From an uncultured Pelagibacteraceae bacterium (GTDB lineage: Bacteria; Pseudomonadota; Alphaproteobacteria; Pelagibacterales; Pelagibacteraceae): a stretch of 64,000 nucleotides of DNA. Positions 60,001 through 64,000 of this stretch are shown here, one piece after another. How positions within the stretch are numbered: position 1 is the stretch's first letter; every line of letters begins with the position of its first letter. Where the stretch lies: the NCBI GenBank assembly GCA_902614905.1, contig CACMMN010000001.1, forward strand, positions 32,827 through 96,826, read 5' to 3'. The position numbers and the translations under genes are program-made. A model generated the notes under the pieces. That model did not search any database and was not told where the DNA came from. It worked only from the letters and a program-made list of their open reading frames with translations.

Positions 60001-61290
60001 TTATTCGTTAGAATATCCGTATTTACGTAATCTTACATCACCAGTTCTTGCATGAGCTTCCATGCCTTCGTATCTTGAAATCCTAGCAGCTGCTGAACCA
60101 ACTTCTTTTGTAGATTCTTTTGTCATTCTTTGAAAACTCAAGGTTTTTATAAATTTTCCAACGAACAACCCACCAGTATATTTACCAGCACCTTTAGTTG
60201 GTAATATATGATTGGTACCAGAACATTTATCACCATAAGCAACAGTTGTTTCTTCCCCGATAAATAACGAACCGTAGTTTTTTAATCTCTTATGAAACCA
60301 TTCAAGATTTTTAGTTTGTATCTCTAAATGTTCAGGTGCATAGTCATCACTCACTTTCACCATTTCTTCATCCGTATCACATAAAATAACTTCACCGTAA
60401 TCTCTCCAAGCAGCCTCTGCACTTAACCTTGGAACTTCTGGAAGTTTCTCTATTAATTCTGGAACTCGTTTCATAACTTCATCTGCAAGTTTTTGGCTTG
60501 TGGTGTATAACCAACATGGAGAATTATATCCGTGTTCGGCTTGACCAACCAAATCAACAGCTACAATTTCTGGATCTGCAGTTTCATCAGCTATAATTCC
60601 AATTTCTGTTGGACCAGCAAATAAATCAATTCCAACTTTTCCAAATAAAATTCTTTTAGCTTCAGCAACAAATTGATTTCCAGGACCAACCAAAATATCA
60701 GCTGGAGCATTTCCAAACATTCCATATGTCATTGCAGCGATAGCTGGAACTCCTCCAAGATTTAAAATTACATCAGCGCCACATAAATTAGCTGTATAAA
60801 TTATAGAAGGGTGAGCACCAATTCCTTCTTTAGGGGGACTACAAGCAATAATATTTTTAACACCAGCAACTTTTGCAGTTGTAACACTCATTACTGCAGA
60901 TGCTATGTGAGCGTATCTTCCACCTGGGATATAACAACCCGCAGTATTAACAGGTACTAACTTTTGACCAGCGTATAATCCATTTGATAATTCAACTTCA
61001 AAATCTTTTCCATAGTTTGCAAGTTGCGCTTCTGCAAATTTACGAACTCTATCGTATGAAAATTTTATATCGTCTTTAGTTTTTTGATCTAAATTTTTAT
61101 TTATTTCCTCTATTTTTTCTTTTGATACAATTATTTCTCCATCATATTTATCAAATTTTTTTGTTAATTCTTTACAACCTTCTTCTTTTGATTTTTCCAA
61201 TTCTTTTAAAAGATTTTGAACTATATCTTTTGTTTTAGTGTCATCTGTTGATGCAGTTTTAGATGCTTTTTTTAAATATTTAATTGTCAT
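60001..61290 (-). CDS. hpsN: Sulfopropanediol 3-dehydrogenase (HisD paralogue)
   Basis: MTIKYLKKAS, GCYIPGGRYAHIASA, GPGNQFVAEAKR, QAEHGYNSP, AWRDY, YGDK, TNHILPT; matches the recalled HpsN subfamily better than canonical HisD. Confidence 0.82.
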   Translation of the reverse strand: MTIKYLKKASKTASTDDTKTKDIVQNLLKELEKSKEEGCKELTKKFDKYDGEIIVSKEKIEEINKNLDQKTKDDIKFSYDRVRKFAEAQLANYGKDFEVELSNGLYAGQKLVPVNTAGCYIPGGRYAHIASAVMSVTTAKVAGVKNIIACSPPKEGIGAHPSIIYTANLCGADVILNLGGVPAIAAMTYGMFGNAPADILVGPGNQFVAEAKRILFGKVGIDLFAGPTEIGIIADETADPEIVAVDLVGQAEHGYNSPCWLYTTSQKLADEVMKRVPELIEKLPEVPRLSAEAAWRDYGEVILCDTDEEMVKVSDDYAPEHLEIQTKNLEWFHKRLKNYGSLFIGEETTVAYGDKCSGTNHILPTKGAGKYTGGLFVGKFIKTLSFQRMTKESTKEVGSAAARISRYEGMEAHARTGDVRLRKYGYSNE

Positions 61291-61313
61291 TATTACAAAT
61301 TTATATTGTTTTA

Positions 61314-62225
61314 TTAATCTAATGCAACAACTGCAGCAGCAATAGAAGCTAATCTGGCTGTTGCTTCATCTGATCTACTTGTAATAACTACCGGTACTTT
61401 TCCTCCAATTACAACACCAGCTGCACAAGCTCCCATAAAATAAATCATCATTTTTACTAAAGCATTTCCACTTTCAACACTAGGAACTAAAAGAACATCA
61501 GCATCTCCTGCAACTACATTTTTAATTCCTTTAATTTCAGCAGATTTTTTTGAAATACAGTTATCAAAAGCTAAAGGACCAAATACATCTGCATCTAAAC
61601 CATCTTTTTTTGAAAGTTCAGTAATTTCTTTTGCTTCCATTGAACTTTGAATACTATCTAAAACTTCTTCTGTTGCTGATAATACAGCAACCTTAGGTCT
61701 GTTGTTTCCAATTCTTTTTGAAAAATCTATGACGTTTTTTAATATATGCATTTTTGTTTTTACATTAGGTAAAACATTTAAAGCACCATCAGTGATTATT
61801 AATGGCTTATCATCTTTTTCTAAAGTCATATGCCAAACATGACTTAATCTAGTTTTGCCAAGAAGTTTATACTCTCTTTTTAAAACTTCTTTCATCAATA
61901 TATCTGTATGAATATGACCCTTTACTATAATCTTAACCTTACCTTGCATTGCAAGTTTAGCAGCAACTGCTGCTGTATTATTTTCTACTGGCTCATGAAT
62001 TACTTCATAACCCGAAATATCAAATTGAATTTCATTAGCACATTTTTGAATTTGATCTTTATCACCGATAAATATCGGTTTGATTAAATCTTCTTTAACA
62101 GCATCCATTACAGATTGCATTGGAAGAGGTTTTCCAGCATTAACAATTGCAGCTGTTGCACCTTTCTTTTTTAAAGATGCATCTAGTAAATTATTTGGAC
62201 AAATTATTTGTTTATTAGATAGCAT
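61314..62225 (-). CDS. pta: Phosphate acetyl/butyryltransferase
   Basis: VKGHIHT, ITDGALN, GPLAFD, ESGNALVK, ITSRSD. Confidence 0.82.
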   Translation of the reverse strand: MLSNKQIICPNNLLDASLKKKGATAAIVNAGKPLPMQSVMDAVKEDLIKPIFIGDKDQIQKCANEIQFDISGYEVIHEPVENNTAAVAAKLAMQGKVKIIVKGHIHTDILMKEVLKREYKLLGKTRLSHVWHMTLEKDDKPLIITDGALNVLPNVKTKMHILKNVIDFSKRIGNNRPKVAVLSATEEVLDSIQSSMEAKEITELSKKDGLDADVFGPLAFDNCISKKSAEIKGIKNVVAGDADVLLVPSVESGNALVKMMIYFMGACAAGVVIGGKVPVVITSRSDEATARLASIAAAVVALD

Positions 62226-63228
62226 TTAGTTTTTTTAAATCTTCCATAATACTTTTTGGTATTGGAATATTCTTTTTCATATTTTTTTTATATCTTTTTT
62301 TTGTACCTTCACCAGGAAAATTTATTTCTTTAACACCTTTGATTTTTGGTAATTTCTTTATAATTCTTATGTTCTCTTTAATTCTTTTAATATAATTGCC
62401 TCCAATAAAAATATTTGGTTTTACAGCCATAAATAAATGTCCAACATTTTGCGGTCCCTTAAAATCATCAAATGGATCTCTTACTTTACCCCCATGATTT
62501 GCACCAGTCATTACACCACTTAATATATCTACCATCCAAGCTAAACCTGAACCTCTAAATCCTGCAATAGGTAACTGCACACCTTTAAGAGCTTTAAATG
62601 GATCTGTAGTTGGTTTTCCATTTTTATCTAAAGCTACACCTAAAGGAATTTTGTGTCCTAATTTTGCAGCCGCTCTTATTTTGCCTCTATTAATCATTGA
62701 TACTGATGTGTCTAATATAAATGGAACCTTACCGCCTGAGGGTGTCCCAAAACAAATTGGATTTGTTCCAAATAAAGTTTTCTTAGATCCGTAAGGTGCA
62801 ATAGCTGGTGGCGCATTAGTAAAACACCAAACCATTAAATTTTTTTTAACAGCTTGTTCTACAAAATAGCTAGATAAACCGTAGTGGCCAGAATTTTTTA
62901 CACCAACCATTCCAATCCCAGTTTTTTTTGTAATTTTTATTAATGATTTAATAGCGATATCAGCCGCAACAAATCCAATAGAATTATTAGCATCTACATA
63001 TGAAATCGAACTAGATATTTTTTTTACTTTAATTTTTGGTTTTGGATTAATAACTTTTTTATCAATCCTATCACAATACATCTTAATTCTTGATAACCCG
63101 TGAGAATGTGCTCCAACTAATTCTGCGTTGATCAAAGCTTTAGCGCTAATCATAGCATGCGTTGAACTTAAACCTCTGTCCTTTAATACTTTAATAATTA
63201 TATTTGTTAATTTTTTTGCATTAGCCAT
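62215..63228 (-). CDS. Ldh_2-family oxidoreductase, probable sulfolactate dehydrogenase (ComC-like)
   Basis: HSHGLSR, NSGHYG, GTNPIC, GSGLAWMVDILSG; next to pta and hpsN. Confidence 0.75.
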   Translation of the reverse strand: MANAKKLTNIIIKVLKDRGLSSTHAMISAKALINAELVGAHSHGLSRIKMYCDRIDKKVINPKPKIKVKKISSSISYVDANNSIGFVAADIAIKSLIKITKKTGIGMVGVKNSGHYGLSSYFVEQAVKKNLMVWCFTNAPPAIAPYGSKKTLFGTNPICFGTPSGGKVPFILDTSVSMINRGKIRAAAKLGHKIPLGVALDKNGKPTTDPFKALKGVQLPIAGFRGSGLAWMVDILSGVMTGANHGGKVRDPFDDFKGPQNVGHLFMAVKPNIFIGGNYIKRIKENIRIIKKLPKIKGVKEINFPGEGTKKRYKKNMKKNIPIPKSIMEDLKKLNAI

Positions 63229-64000
63229 AAAGCATCCTGACTTAAAAAAAAGATCTTCCCACTAACTGGATGGACTTGTATGTCTCTAATTCTTCCGATT
63301 TCTCTTTTAAATATGACTTCTTCTTTAACATTTTCTAAGTTGGAAAAATCAAGTTTTCTAAGTGACATGTCTTTTAGAGATGTAATTAAAGCATGACCAT
63401 TCCACTCTTTAAATTCTTCACCTTTATAAATTGTTATTGCGCTTGTTGCAATTGAAGGTACCCAATATTTGATAGCTTTTGTATAGCCAGGTAACCACTT
63501 TGGTCCGATCTTTGTTCCACTGTAATTTGTTCCACCCCAACCAAGAACTTTCCAACCATAATTTTCTCCTTTTTTAATTTCACCAAACCAATCACCACCT
63601 CTTGCACCATGGTTGCTTGCATAAATTTTTTGATCAAAAGGGTTTAATGTTAAACCTTGTGGGTTTCTAACACCTATTTGGTAAATCTCTGGTAGCCAAT
63701 CTTTTTTATCAATAAATTTTGGATTATCTTTTGGAATACTTCCATCAGTATTAATTCTAATTATACTTCCAGGATGTTTTGTTGGATCTTGTGCTATCAT
63801 TCCTTCACCTCTTTCACCAACTGATGCAAAAAGATAATCGTCTTTAATAGCTAACCTTGAACCGAAGTGATATCCAGAATTTATTGGTGGAGATGCAACA
63901 AAAATATTTTTAAAATCTATTTGATTTTTATTAAAATTTCCCCTAGCAACGGAAGTTGTTGTTTTAGATTTACCATGATCTTCAGAATAACTTACCCAGA
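63207..64000 (-). CDS. PQQ-dependent aldose sugar dehydrogenase (GSDH/YliI family), 3' part only
   Basis: Frame stays open to the window edge (WVSYSE...HFGSRL...GERG); GVRNPQG, HGARGGD, NYGW, GRIRD. Confidence 0.9.
   Translation of the reverse strand, partial: WVSYSEDHGKSKTTTSVARGNFNKNQIDFKNIFVASPPINSGYHFGSRLAIKDDYLFASVGERGEGMIAQDPTKHPGSIIRINTDGSIPKDNPKFIDKKDWLPEIYQIGVRNPQGLTLNPFDQKIYASNHGARGGDWFGEIKKGENYGWKVLGWGGTNYSGTKIGPKWLPGYTKAIKYWVPSIATSAITIYKGEEFKEWNGHALITSLKDMSLRKLDFSNLENVKEEVIFKREIGRIRDIQVHPVSGKIFFLSQDALWLMQKN

Noticed and set aside
60001-61290. Call as histidinol dehydrogenase hisD
   Set aside because: Sequence and context (pta, ComC-like, no his operon) fit HpsN better
2193-63637. 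Many 60-126-aa track ORFs antisense to or out of frame within recognised genes (e.g. 2193-2468, 9050-9430, 36396-36761, 47843-48100)
   Set aside because: Shadow ORFs overlapping well-supported genes, with no motifs
1-64000. tRNA, rRNA or riboswitch (e.g. TPP before thiS, cobalamin before the NrdJ-like gene)
   Set aside because: Intergenic regions are short and AT-rich with no recognisable conserved motifs; an Infernal/Rfam scan would be needed to exclude them formally

Overview
Strongly AT-rich, gene-dense alphaproteobacterial chromosome segment. Gene content, gene order and minimal or overlapping intergenic spacing are most consistent with SAR11/Pelagibacterales (inference from recalled synteny, not a database search). 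Positions 1-33.2 kb are core genome: lptD(partial)-lptG-lptF, pepA, ndk, purNM, hda-like, aspS, a stand-alone NrdJ C-terminal-domain gene, accCB, aroQ, thiSG, rne, mrcA, frameshifted prfB, tyrS, anmK, the iscR-sufBCDSUTA operon and glnA. Positions 33.4-64 kb are more accessory: transporters, two aldehyde dehydrogenases, methyltransferases, a TauD-type dioxygenase, SRAP, a run of tiny unknown proteins, a GT-C/GT2/epimerase cassette, a sulfur/redox block (persulfide dioxygenase-cysE-cysK divergent from Prx6, then alternative oxidase), a repeat-bearing autotransporter and a comC-like/pta/hpsN sulfonate (DHPS) block. I saw no tRNA, rRNA, CRISPR array or mobile element. The most notable observations are: the sulfur/AOX block; an intact NrdJ remnant lacking the catalytic domain; an RNase E missing its Zn-link; tandem Fur-like boxes plus a near-perfect IscR site before the suf operon; a histone-like basic extension on an aldehyde dehydrogenase; a possible hairpin-gated uORF opposite glnA; and phage-like repeats in the autotransporter.
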